A DNA stretch of 64,000 bases from Thermoanaerobaculia bacterium (GTDB taxonomy: Bacteria; Acidobacteriota; Thermoanaerobaculia; UBA5066): the NCBI GenBank assembly GCA_963816185.1, contig CAWFJJ010000024.1:512001-576000 (forward strand), read 5' to 3'. Positions 9,903 through 20,443 of the stretch are shown in pieces; the stretch's first letter is position 1; the number at the start of each line of letters is the position of its first letter. The notes below the pieces were generated by a model. It made no database searches, was not told where the DNA came from, and was given only the letters and a program-made list of their open reading frames with translations. The position numbers and the translations under genes are program-made.

Positions 9903-10238
9903 TCACCACTTCAGGAGCGCGATCTTGTCCACGTCCACCGTCCGGCTGGTGCGGAAGAGCGCCACGAAGATCGCGAGGCCAACGGCCGCCTCCGCGGCGG
10001 CTACGGCGATCACGAAGAAGACGATCATCTGCCCGGCGAGATCGCCGCGCATCCGCGCGTACGTGAGGAAGAGCAGGTTGACGGCGTTCATCATCAGCTC
10101 GATGGAGAGGAAGATCGAGATCGCGTTCCGCTTGAGAAGCGCGCCCGCGAGTCCGATCGCGAACAGGAGCGTCCCGACGACGAGAAACGCGCCGGGAGGC
10201 ACCGCCATCGGGGCGACCCCGTGAAGCGCGGGAGTCAT
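9903..10238 (-). CDS. nuoK: NADH-quinone oxidoreductase subunit K
   Basis: SIELMMNAVNL, VAAAEAAVGLAI. Confidence 0.95.
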   Translation of the reverse strand: MTPALHGVAPMAVPPGAFLVVGTLLFAIGLAGALLKRNAISIFLSIELMMNAVNLLFLTYARMRGDLAGQMIVFFVIAVAAAEAAVGLAIFVALFRTSRTVDVDKIALLKW

Positions 10239-10756
10239 TCGAACTTCCTCTTGGACAGGAGCAGGGCGCCGACCGCGGCGACGAGGAGAAGGAGGGAAAG
10301 CGCCTCGAACGCGAGGAGATAATCGGAGAAGAGAAGCCGGCCGAGGGCAGGGATCTCGTCGGGTGCGGGGATCAATCGCGGGGATGACGCCCCGCCCGGC
10401 GCCGGCGCCCGGAGCGTGGCGCCCGCGAGAAGGCCGCCGAGCGAGAGGGCGACGAGAAGACCGAGCGTGCGCTGGATCGGCCGGTCGTCCTTGTCCGCTG
10501 TTTCCTCCTTCAGGTTGAGCAGCATGATGACGAACAGGAACAGGACGAGAATCGCGCCCGCGTAGACGAAGATCTGCAGCGCCGCGATGAAGGGCGCCGC
10601 GAGCAGGATGGCGAGGACCGAAAGCCCGAAGAACGTCACGACGAGCGACAGGACGCTTCTCACGGGGGTCCGCTGAACGACCATGAGGAGAGCGAAGGCG
10701 AGCGCGAGAAACGACGCGACCGCGAAGACGACGAGCTGACCGGTTGCGGCCGGCAT
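10235..10756 (-). CDS. nuoJ: NADH-quinone oxidoreductase subunit J
   Basis: QIFVYAGAILVLFLFVIMLL, FEALSLLLLVA; start overlaps the nuoH stop. Confidence 0.95.
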   Translation of the reverse strand: MPAATGQLVVFAVASFLALAFALLMVVQRTPVRSVLSLVVTFFGLSVLAILLAAPFIAALQIFVYAGAILVLFLFVIMLLNLKEETADKDDRPIQRTLGLLVALSLGGLLAGATLRAPAPGGASSPRLIPAPDEIPALGRLLFSDYLLAFEALSLLLLVAAVGALLLSKRKFE

Positions 10757-11805
10757 CAGATGACCCTCCAGAGAACCAGCGCGCCCGTCCAAAGGAGGTT
10801 GAGGAGCGAGAGCGGCAGGAAGACCTTCCAGCCGAGGTTCATCAACTGGTCGAAGCGGAAGCGGGGGAGCGTCCAGCGCACCCAGACGAAGAAGAAGATG
10901 AAGAAAGCCGTCTTCGCGGCGAAGACGGCGATCGAGACGAGGCCACCAGCGATACCGGTGAGGTGGACGAAAGGCAGCGACCACCCGCCGAAGTACAGCG
11001 TGGCCATCATCGCCGAGGCCGCGATGAGGTTCAGGTATTCGGCCATGAAGAACATGCCGAACCGGAAGGCCGAGTATTCCGTGTGATAGCCCGCGACGAG
11101 CTCGGCCTCGGCCTCCGGCAGGTCGAACGGCACCCGGTTCGTCTCGGCGAACGCGGACACGACGAAGATCACACACCCGACGACCTGCGGGAAGCAGTTC
11201 CAGAGAGGCAAAAAGCCGAGGAACGTTCCCGAAGCCTGGTACTCGACGACCCTCTGGAGCCTGAGCGAGCCGGCCGCGAGGAACACCGAGATGGCCGCAA
11301 TGCCCATCGCGAGCTCGTAGCTGATGACCTGCGCCGAGGAGCGAAGCCCGCCGAGAAGCGCGTACTTGTTGTTCGACGACCACCCCGCAAGGACGAGGCC
11401 GTAGATGCCGACGGACGTCAGGGCGAAGACGTAGAGGATGCCGATGTTCACGTCCGCGATCACGAGCGAGATGTCGCGCCCGAAGAGGTGAAGCGTCGAG
11501 CCGAACGGGATCACGGCGAACGTGGTCATCGCCGGCACGAGGAGGATGAGCGGCGCGACCGTGTGGAGGAGCCGGTCCGCGTACATCGGGACCACGTCCT
11601 CCTTCATGAGCAGCTTCAGGATGTCGGCGACGGCCTGAAAGAGTCCGAAGGGTCCCACGCGGTTCGGGCCGGGGCGGTCCTGAATGAAGCCCGCCATGCG
11701 CCGTTCCACCCAGATCAAATTCGGCAGGACGGCGCCGAGGACGCAGGCCCAGACGAACGCGATCTTGGCCGCGCCTTCCAGGGCGGCGGCGAGCGTCGGG
11801 CTCAT
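10756..11805 (-). CDS. nuoH: NADH-quinone oxidoreductase subunit H
   Basis: ERRMAGFIQDRPGPNRVG, AETNRVPFDLPEAEAELVAGY, PRFRFDQLM. Confidence 0.97.
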   Translation of the reverse strand: MSPTLAAALEGAAKIAFVWACVLGAVLPNLIWVERRMAGFIQDRPGPNRVGPFGLFQAVADILKLLMKEDVVPMYADRLLHTVAPLILLVPAMTTFAVIPFGSTLHLFGRDISLVIADVNIGILYVFALTSVGIYGLVLAGWSSNNKYALLGGLRSSAQVISYELAMGIAAISVFLAAGSLRLQRVVEYQASGTFLGFLPLWNCFPQVVGCVIFVVSAFAETNRVPFDLPEAEAELVAGYHTEYSAFRFGMFFMAEYLNLIAASAMMATLYFGGWSLPFVHLTGIAGGLVSIAVFAAKTAFFIFFFVWVRWTLPRFRFDQLMNLGWKVFLPLSLLNLLWTGALVLWRVI

Positions 11806-13637
11806 GTGCGGCGATCCGGCGCCGCGACGGACGGGCGCTCGAAGACCTCGACGTCCGGGTCGCGTTCGAGCCCGAGGACGTCGTAAGCGGCCGCGGGAGA
11901 GATGGAGGGAGGGTTCCCGACGAGGGCGTCGGAGTCCCACGCGAGGCCGCCGTAACCGGCGACGGACCCTTGCATCTTCTGGAAGACGTCGCGGGGGGTC
12001 CACTGCGTGTCGAACGCGCCCCATCGCGCGCCGAGGTGCAGCAGGATCTCGAGGTCCGTGCGCACGACGGGCGGCGACACGATCGCCATGTCCACGCGCT
12101 GCACGCGTCCCTTCACGTTCACGAACGTGCCTTCCTTGCCGGAAAGAGGCGCGGTTGGAAGCACGATGTCGGCGGCGTCCGTCAGCGCGTTCCGCTTGCG
12201 GGCATGGACGACGAGGACGCTCGCCTTGCGCAACTCGGCGACGAACGCGGGATCGGAGCATTTCTCGCTGAAGTCGGCATCGGCAATGTAGAGGACGGCG
12301 GGAGAAGAGAAAGAGAAAGAGGAAGAGGAAGATTTCTTAGAAAGAGAAAGATCCGAAGAGGAAGAGGAGGATGAAGAAGAAGATTTCTTAGAAGGGAAGA
12401 GGGAGTAAGCCGATCCGAGGGCGGAGCCATCGCCCGCGCTTGCGCGCTTCAAGCCGGCCGCCTCGCAGCCCCGGGAGTTTGGTGCCGCGTCCGTTCCGTA
12501 CAGCCACCCGTCCACCTTGTTCTTGATCCGCCTTCTTGGCCCTTCGTCGACGAGAAACTCGGGGGTGCCCACCTTCAAAGAATCTTCAAACAGCGTCTTC
12601 AAAAGCCAGTTCTCCTCGGTCGTGAGCCGCGCCGAGCCGAGAGCTAGTACTCTTCCTTTCGAAGCAATATTGTCTTTCTTTTCTTCCTCTTCGAGGTGCT
12701 CGCCGCCTTCCCCCCGCGCCCGGTCGATCGCGACCTTCACGGCGTCGAGCGCCTCGCCCCAGTTCGTCTGCTTGCGCGCGTCGCTGCCGGGGACGCGGAT
12801 CTCGGGCTTCTTGAAATCCTGCCGGTTGAGGTCCTCGGAGCGGAAGCGGCCGTAATCGCACATCCAGAAGTCGTTCACGGCGGGTTGGACGCGCGGAAGG
12901 TACCGGTAGACGACGCGGTCGCGGTGCTCGATGGACATGTTGCAGCCGATCTCGCAGCCGTCGCACACCGAGCGCGTCTTGTCGAGCCACCACACGCGCT
13001 TGCGGAACCGGAACTCCTTCGTCGTGAGGGCGCCGACGGGGCAGACGTCGGCCGCGCAGGCCGAGAGGTCGTTGTCGAGCAGATGGCCCTCGTGCGTCCA
13101 GACGAACGTGTGGCCGGCCCTCTCGACGAACGTGAGCTCGCCCGTCTGGGTGATCTCCGCGCAGAAGCGGATGCAGCGCGTGCACTGGATGCAGCGCGTC
13201 ATGTCCGCGATGACGTGGGGGCCGATCGGCGTGCGGTCGTAGCCTGGGAACTGCCGCCGAGGTTCGGACGTGCGTGAGACCGGCAGGCCCGCGCCCATGG
13301 CGTTGTCCTGCAGCTTGCACTCGCCGGCCTGGTCGCAGATCGGGCAGTCCAGCGGATGGTTGATGAGGAGGAACTCCATCGTCGCGTTGCGCGCGGCGAG
13401 GGCCTTCTCCGTCGAGGCCTTGATGACCATGCCGTCGCGAATGGGCACCGTGCACGAGGCCTGGATCTTCGGCACGCCCTCGACCTCGACCATGCACATG
13501 CGGCACTGGCCGACGATCGACAGGCGCGGGTGATAGCAGAAGTGCGGCACGTCGACGCCCGCCGCCCGGCACGCCTCGAGCGCGTTCGCGTCGTTCGGGA
13601 CTTCGACGACCTTCCCGTCGACGGTTACCTTTGCCAT
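11802..13637 (-). CDS. nuoG: NADH-quinone oxidoreductase subunit G, with low-complexity insertions
   Basis: FCYHPRL..GQCRMC, NHPLDCPICDQAGECKLQD, RCIQCTRC, CPVGAL, CDGCEIGC; Ser-rich insert near 12300-12410. Confidence 0.95.
   Translation of the reverse strand: MAKVTVDGKVVEVPNDANALEACRAAGVDVPHFCYHPRLSIVGQCRMCMVEVEGVPKIQASCTVPIRDGMVIKASTEKALAARNATMEFLLINHPLDCPICDQAGECKLQDNAMGAGLPVSRTSEPRRQFPGYDRTPIGPHVIADMTRCIQCTRCIRFCAEITQTGELTFVERAGHTFVWTHEGHLLDNDLSACAADVCPVGALTTKEFRFRKRVWWLDKTRSVCDGCEIGCNMSIEHRDRVVYRYLPRVQPAVNDFWMCDYGRFRSEDLNRQDFKKPEIRVPGSDARKQTNWGEALDAVKVAIDRARGEGGEHLEEEEKKDNIASKGRVLALGSARLTTEENWLLKTLFEDSLKVGTPEFLVDEGPRRRIKNKVDGWLYGTDAAPNSRGCEAAGLKRASAGDGSALGSAYSLFPSKKSSSSSSSSSSDLSLSKKSSSSSFSFSSPAVLYIADADFSEKCSDPAFVAELRKASVLVVHARKRNALTDAADIVLPTAPLSGKEGTFVNVKGRVQRVDMAIVSPPVVRTDLEILLHLGARWGAFDTQWTPRDVFQKMQGSVAGYGGLAWDSDALVGNPPSISPAAAYDVLGLERDPDVEVFERPSVAAPDRRT
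12331..12395 (+). repeat. Two tandem GATTTCTTAGAARG motifs in a GA-rich tract inside nuoG
   Basis: GATTTCTTAGAAAG at 12331 and GATTTCTTAGAAGG at 12382. Confidence 0.9.
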
Positions 13638-13644
13638 GCCACGT

Positions 13645-13859
13645 CCGAAGAGAACGAAGAGAAGAAGATCTTCTTAGAAAGATAAGAGAGAGAAGAGAAG
13701 AGGGGGATATTTCCCGATTGGCCCGTGTCAAGGGTCTTCGACCGCTGCGCGGCGCGCGTAGCGCGCCCTTGACGCGGGTCAATCGGGAACAGATTGCCTG
13801 ATATCGGCGGCTGCATCAGCAGCCGCCGCATATAAGAAAAAAATCCCCTCCACTCTCTT
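13645..13859. repeat. Structured intergenic element between nuoF and nuoG
   Basis: TTCTTAGAA at 13671; 24-bp inverted repeat 13711-13734 / 13766-13789; 10-bp hairpin 13805-13828. Confidence 0.8.
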
Positions 13860-15232
<1,373 letters not shown>

Positions 15233-15236
<4 letters not shown>

Positions 15237-15790
15237 TTCAGGCCCTTCAGGAAGGTGTCGAGCCTGTCTTTCGTGATCACGAAGTGGTCGTCGTCGTTGA
15301 CCATCACGGCCGGGGCCTTGTCGCATTGCGCCAGGCACTCCACCTCGACGACGGTGAACTTCCCGTCGGGTGACGTCTCGCCGGGTCTCAGGTCGCCGAG
15401 ACGCTTCCGGCACTCGGTGTAGACCTCGCTGGCGCCGTTCAGGTGGCAGGAGATCGACGTGCAGAACTGAATCAGGTGTTTGCCGACCGGCGCCCGGTTG
15501 TACATCGTGTAGAACGTCACGACGCCCCAAACGAACGCCGGCGCCAGGTCGAGAAGCGTGGCGACGTAATCCACGGCCTCGCGCGAAATCCAGCCCCACT
15601 CACGCTGGGCGAGCCAGAGCGTCGGAAGGAGGGCCGCCTGTTTCGTGGGGTAACGCGTCAGCAGGCGCTCGAAGTCGTCGCGCGTTTCGCGCGAGAACGA
15701 GAGGGCGCGGCCGCACGAGAGGGCGCCGTGCTCTCCCACACGCGGGTTCTGGGCCGGGTCGGCCACGGGGAGCTTCTGTGTGCCGCTCAC
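15233..15790 (-). CDS. nuoE: NADH-quinone oxidoreductase subunit E
   Basis: VTFYTMY, CTSISC and ECLAQC 2Fe-2S ligands. Confidence 0.95.
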
Positions 15791-15791
15791 G

Positions 15792-16154
15792 TCAATCCCA
15801 GTCGAACGCGCCTTTCTTCCAGAGGTAGGCGAACCCGAGGAAGAGGACGAGGACGAAGACCAGCATCTCCAGGAAAACCGGCCATCCGCCCTGCCGGAAG
15901 ACCACCGCCCACGGATAGAGGAACGCGGCCTCCACGTCGAACAGGATGAAGACCATCGCGACGATGAAGAATTTGACGCTGATGCGCTTGTGGCTGTCGT
16001 CGAGGAGCGGCATGCCGCTCTCGTAGGGCGAGAGCTTCCGCACCGTGCGCACCTTGCGGCCGACGAGAATATTCAGACCGAGGAGCAGGATGCCGACGCC
16101 GACGGCGCCCATGATCATGAGCAGAATCGGCAAGAAGGCCAGCGGAGTGCCCAT
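15792..16154 (-). CDS. nuoA: NADH-quinone oxidoreductase subunit A
   Basis: PYESG, FILFDVEAAFLYPWA, WKKGAFDW. Confidence 0.95.
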   Translation of the reverse strand: MGTPLAFLPILLMIMGAVGVGILLLGLNILVGRKVRTVRKLSPYESGMPLLDDSHKRISVKFFIVAMVFILFDVEAAFLYPWAVVFRQGGWPVFLEMLVFVLVLFLGFAYLWKKGAFDWD

Positions 16155-16161
16155 GCGTCGC

Positions 16162-16179
16162 TCGTGATACTTTTCACAA
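16162..16179. promoter_or_regulatory. Rex operator upstream of nuoA
   Basis: TCGTGATACTTTTCACAA versus consensus TTGTGAAnnnnTTCACAA; TTGACG -35-like hexamer at 16197-16192 on the minus strand. Confidence 0.85.
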
Positions 16180-16223
16180 AGCAGGCGCGTTCGTCAACCC
16201 CTCATTCGCATGCAGGCGATTCC

Positions 16224-16928
16224 TTGACATCCCCGCACGAATCCCGGGAGCGATTCCGCACAGCCGCCCTCGTCCCCGCCTACCGCTGCGCGGGTACCGT
16301 CGGCAGCGTCGTCCGGGGACTCCTCGCGCACCTTCCGGAGGTTCTCGTGGTGGACGACGGGAGCGGCGACGCGACACCGAGAGAAGCCCTCGCGGACGGG
16401 GCTCGGGTGCTTACGCGCAGGGAAAACGGCGGAAAGGGGCGTGCGATCCGCGACGGGCTCGCCGATCTCCTCGGGCGCGACCTCACACACGTGGCGTTCG
16501 TGGACGCCGACGGGCAGCACGATCCCGGCGACCTTCCGGTGCTGCTTGCGGCCGCGCGCTCGGGCGCGGATTTCGTCGTCGGCTCGCGGCTGAAGGAGGC
16601 GGCCACGATGCCGGCGAAAAACTTCTGGGCGAACTCGATCGGCGACAGGGTGCTGTCGCGCATGACCGGGCTGCCGATCGAGGACGGCCAGTCGGGCTAC
16701 CGCGTGATCGCGTGCCGGCTGCTGCGACGGCTGCGCCTCCGCGCGAACGGCTACTCCATCGAGAACGAGATTCTCATCAAGGCAGCGCCGTACGTGGAGC
16801 GCTTCGCGACCGTGCCCGTGAGGACCATCTACGGCCCCGCGCGCTCGCACTACCGGCCCTTCCGCGACACCTGGGTCACGTCGTGGCTGAGCGTTTATTA
16901 CAAGACGCTCGATTCCGACGCGTCCTGA
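16224..16928 (+). CDS. Glycosyltransferase family 2 (DPM-synthase-like)
   Basis: LVPAY, VVDDGSGD, GKG, DADGQH, DGQSGYR; start uncertain (TTG 16224). Confidence 0.88.
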   Translation: MTSPHESRERFRTAALVPAYRCAGTVGSVVRGLLAHLPEVLVVDDGSGDATPREALADGARVLTRRENGGKGRAIRDGLADLLGRDLTHVAFVDADGQHDPGDLPVLLAAARSGADFVVGSRLKEAATMPAKNFWANSIGDRVLSRMTGLPIEDGQSGYRVIACRLLRRLRLRANGYSIENEILIKAAPYVERFATVPVRTIYGPARSHYRPFRDTWVTSWLSVYYKTLDSDAS

Positions 16929-16943
16929 GGCGATTCATCCGGC

Positions 16944-16959
16944 GGGCACAGTGATTGCG
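16944..16959 (+). promoter_or_regulatory. Sigma54-type promoter
   Basis: GGGCACAGTGATTGCG, GG-N10-GC. Confidence 0.6.
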
Positions 16960-17030
16960 TGTTTCCCGGAAGGTGGCCGTGCCTCGCGACGCGATGCGTG
17001 GTCACGAGGAAAAGTTGCAAGGAGGGATGT

Positions 17031-17405
17031 ATGAAACGAGGGTTGATTGCAGTCCTGTCGGCGGGCCTTCTCTTCGGAGGTCCCCTACTCGCGCAGAATT
17101 CCAAATCGTATGGAAGCGAAAAGAAAGTTTCGACGGCTGATCCGACCGGCCAGATGAAGACGGTGGAGGGCACCGTCAAGGAGTACACGGCCGGCAAGAG
17201 GCTGGTCCTCACCACGATCGACAACAAGACGATGATCTACAGGCTCGACCAGAAAGGCACGACGTTGAACGTCGATCCCTCGATCGCGGTCGGGTCCCAT
17301 GTGAAGCTGATGGAGCAGAAGAGCGGAGACACGAAGTCGTTGACCGTCGAGCCGGTTTCGAAGCCGTTGACTTCGGGGCCTGGTTATTCAGGCGCGAAGT
17401 CGTAA
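17031..17405 (+). CDS. Small secreted hypothetical protein
   Basis: GGAGG RBS, signal peptide MKRGLIAVLSAGLLFGGPLLA, beta-rich body. Confidence 0.8.
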   Translation: MKRGLIAVLSAGLLFGGPLLAQNSKSYGSEKKVSTADPTGQMKTVEGTVKEYTAGKRLVLTTIDNKTMIYRLDQKGTTLNVDPSIAVGSHVKLMEQKSGDTKSLTVEPVSKPLTSGPGYSGAKS

Positions 17406-17419
17406 GCCCACGCGGCAGG

Positions 17420-17460
17420 AAAGACGGGAGGACGTCGATCGGCGTTCACCCGTCTTTTTT
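17420..17460 (+). terminator. Intrinsic terminator
   Basis: AAAGACGGG...CCCGTCTTT hairpin followed by a T run. Confidence 0.7.
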
Positions 17461-18738
17461 GTGACGCGACGAGCGCTCCTCGGAGGTGCCCTCGCCGCGC
17501 TGGCCGGCCCGCTCGGGTCCGGCGGATGTAGACCTCGGGGCGAGGTGAAGAGAGAGATCCCGGACCGGCTCTCTTTCATCGTGCTGGCGAGCGAGCGCGC
17601 ACTCTGGGCGCCCATCGTGGAGCGCTTTGGGAAGGCTCACGGCGTCCGCGTCGAGATGGTCGAGGGCCCGAACGCCACCGATCTCCGGGAGAACATGTAT
17701 ACGACGGCGCTCTTGGCGGGCGACGACTCGCTCGACGTCGTCTACATGGACGTGACGTGGACGCCGAAGTTCGCGGCGGCCGGATGGCTCGTGCCTCTCG
17801 ACGACGTCTTCCGGCCCGAAGAGCTGAGCGCTCTCGTCCCGAAAGCGCTCAACGCGGGCCGGTATCGTGGGCGCCTCTACCGGATTCCCGTCAGGACCGA
17901 CGTCGGCCTGCTGTATTACCGCCGTGACCTGCTCGAATCGGCGGGGATCGCTCCGCCCGAGACGTTCGAGGAACTGGTCGACGCGGCGCGGCGTCTTCAG
18001 AGTCCTCCCGAGCGCTGGGGCTTCGTCTGGCAGGGGAGTCAGTACGAAGGCCTCACGTGCGTCTTCTTGGAGATTCTCCGGGGCGCGGGCGGATTCTGGG
18101 TCGATCCGGAGTCGCTCGAGGTCGGCCTCGACCGTCGCGAGGCTGTGGCGGCGCTGGAATTCCTGAGACGATCGCGTCTCGTGGACGCCATCAGCCCGCC
18201 GGGCGTGACGAGCCTGAAGGAGGACGACAGCCGCCGCATCTTTCAGGACGGCCGTGCCGTCTTCCTTCTCAACTGGCCTTACGTCTGGCGCCTCGCCCAG
18301 GCCGCCGACTCGCCGGTCGCGGGAAAGATCGGCGTGTCGGCGGTGCCGCACGCGCCGGGCCGGCAGGGCGCCGGCACGCTCGGCGGCTGGGGCTTCGGCA
18401 TCTCGCGATTCTGCAGGTCGCCCGAGCTCGCGGCGCAGTTCATGCGCGAGGCCGTCTCGCTCGAGGGGCAGCGCGCCCTCTGCCTCGCGTCCGGTTACGC
18501 GCCCGCGCGCGTCGAGGCCTACCGCGATCCGCAGCTCGTCGCCTCGAACCCACTGCTTCCCGAGATTCTCACTCTCCACGCAGATGCGGTGAGCCGGCCG
18601 GCGATCCCGGGATATGCCCTCGCCTCCGACATCCTGCAACGCCACGTCAGCGCCTCCATCGCCGGTCTCGTGACGGCCGAGAGCGCTCTCGCGAGCGCGG
18701 CGAAGGAGACACGGCTCCTTCTCGGACGCCCGCCATGA
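17461..18738 (+). CDS. Sugar ABC transporter substrate-binding protein (trehalose/maltose-like)
   Basis: Twin-Arg/lipoprotein-like N-terminus, DVVYMDVTW, QYEGL, NWPY, TLGGWG. Confidence 0.9.
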   Translation: MTRRALLGGALAALAGPLGSGGCRPRGEVKREIPDRLSFIVLASERALWAPIVERFGKAHGVRVEMVEGPNATDLRENMYTTALLAGDDSLDVVYMDVTWTPKFAAAGWLVPLDDVFRPEELSALVPKALNAGRYRGRLYRIPVRTDVGLLYYRRDLLESAGIAPPETFEELVDAARRLQSPPERWGFVWQGSQYEGLTCVFLEILRGAGGFWVDPESLEVGLDRREAVAALEFLRRSRLVDAISPPGVTSLKEDDSRRIFQDGRAVFLLNWPYVWRLAQAADSPVAGKIGVSAVPHAPGRQGAGTLGGWGFGISRFCRSPELAAQFMREAVSLEGQRALCLASGYAPARVEAYRDPQLVASNPLLPEILTLHADAVSRPAIPGYALASDILQRHVSASIAGLVTAESALASAAKETRLLLGRPP

Positions 18739-19616
18739 AAGGGCGCTCTCATTTCGCCGAGCACGTCCTGCCGCTCCTTCCGGCGCTCGCGCTCGTGACG
18801 CTCGTCGTCGGACTGCCGATTCTCGACGTCGTCGCGTTGTCCTTCACGCGCTCTGAGCTCGCGGGAGGAATCGTGACGCGATGGGCGGGCCTGCAGCCCG
18901 CCGCCCGTCTCTGGCAGGACACCCGGTTCTTCGACGCACTCCGAAACACGGCGGTCTTCACGGGGGCGTCCGTGTTCTTCGAGACCCTCCTCGGCGTCGG
19001 CTTCGCGCTCGTCCTCGACCGTTCCTTTCGCGGCCGGGGCCTCGTTCGTTCCGTCATGCTCGTTCCATGGGCCCTCCCGACCGCGGTCATGGCGCTCGCG
19101 TTCTCCTGGATCTTCAACGACACCTTCGGCGTGGCGAACGACGTCCTCCGCCGTACGGGTCTCGTGTCGGCCTCCATCCCGTGGCTGAGCGAACCGCGTT
19201 CGGCGATGGCGGCGATCGTCCTCGCGGACGTCTGGAAGACGACTCCCTTCGTCGCGCTCATCGTCCTCGCCGGCTTGCAGGGCATCCCCGAGAGCGTTCT
19301 CGAGGCGGCTCGCGTGGACGGGCTCGGCGCGTGGCAGCGGTTTCGCCACGTGGTCTTCCCGCTGCTTCTGCCCTCGATCGCCGTCGCGTCGCTCTTCCGC
19401 GCGGCCCAGGCCTGGGGCGCTTTCGACATCGTCTACGTCATGACTGGCGGAGGCCCCGGCGGATCGACCGAGACCGTTTCTCTCTACGCGTTCCAGAGCT
19501 TCTTCCGGTACCTCGACTTCGGATACGGCGCCGCGATCGCAACGCACGGCACCCTTCTCGTGGCGGCCCTCGCGCTCGTCGCTGCGTTGTCGCGCCGCCG
19601 CCGAGGCCTGGCTTGA
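18735..19616 (+). CDS. Sugar ABC transporter permease
   Basis: DVWKTTPFVAL, EAARVDG loop, MTGGGPG. Confidence 0.92.
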   Translation: MKGRSHFAEHVLPLLPALALVTLVVGLPILDVVALSFTRSELAGGIVTRWAGLQPAARLWQDTRFFDALRNTAVFTGASVFFETLLGVGFALVLDRSFRGRGLVRSVMLVPWALPTAVMALAFSWIFNDTFGVANDVLRRTGLVSASIPWLSEPRSAMAAIVLADVWKTTPFVALIVLAGLQGIPESVLEAARVDGLGAWQRFRHVVFPLLLPSIAVASLFRAAQAWGAFDIVYVMTGGGPGGSTETVSLYAFQSFFRYLDFGYGAAIATHGTLLVAALALVAALSRRRRGLA

Positions 19617-20443
19617 AAGGGCTCCCGCGCGCCGGCCTCGTAGTCGCCGTCCTGGCGCTCGTCGTCTGGAGCCTGGCTCCGGCCGCCTGGCAAGTTCTGA
19701 CCGCGCTGAAGAGAGATCGCGACGTCGTGCGCGTCCCGACGGTCTACCTCCCGCACCCGGTCACGTGGACGCACGTGGCCGCGCTGTGGGAGAGAAAGCC
19801 CATCGGCACCTATCTCGCGAACAGCGCCGGGATCTCGGGCGCCTCGACGCTCCTGTCGATTCTTCTCGCGGCGCCCGCGGCGAGCGCGCTCGGGCGTGCC
19901 ACGGAGCGCGGGAGGCGGAGTCTCCTCCACTCTCTCTTGGCCCTCACGGTGTTCCCGCCGATCCTGCTGCTCTACCCGCTGTACCAGGGCGTGCGGGTTC
20001 TCGGGTGGCTCAACCAGCCGCTCGCCCTCATCCTGCCGTACACGGCACTTTCCCTTCCGCTCTCGATCTGGATCCTCGAGCGCGGCTTCTCCCAGATCCC
20101 CCGTGCCGTGGAAGAGGCTGCGGTTCTCGACGGCCTCGGCCCGTCGCGCCGCATCCTCCTGATTCAGCTTCCCCTCGCCGCCCCGTCCCTCGTGACGGCG
20201 GCGATTCTCGTCTTCATCTTCTCGTGGAACGAGTTCATGCTCGCCCTCACGTTCATGACGCGTGACGCGCGCAAGACGATCACGGCCGGGATCGCGAGCG
20301 TCAGCGGATCGTCGATGTTCGAGATTCCGTGGGGCCAGCTCTCGGCGGCGATCGTGATCGCGACGCTGCCGCTCGTGCTCCTCGTGCTGCTCTTCGAGAA
20401 GCGGATCGCGAGCGGCCTCACGCGTGGCGCGATCAAAGGATGA
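19613..20443 (+). CDS. Sugar ABC transporter permease
   Basis: EEAAVLDG, FIFSWNEF, ASGLTRGAIKG C-terminus. Confidence 0.92.
   Translation: MKGLPRAGLVVAVLALVVWSLAPAAWQVLTALKRDRDVVRVPTVYLPHPVTWTHVAALWERKPIGTYLANSAGISGASTLLSILLAAPAASALGRATERGRRSLLHSLLALTVFPPILLLYPLYQGVRVLGWLNQPLALILPYTALSLPLSIWILERGFSQIPRAVEEAAVLDGLGPSRRILLIQLPLAAPSLVTAAILVFIFSWNEFMLALTFMTRDARKTITAGIASVSGSSMFEIPWGQLSAAIVIATLPLVLLVLLFEKRIASGLTRGAIKG

Noticed and set aside
12301-12410. Possible CRISPR or microsatellite in the GA-rich tract
   Set aside because: Only two motif copies, with no regular repeat-spacer period and no cas genes
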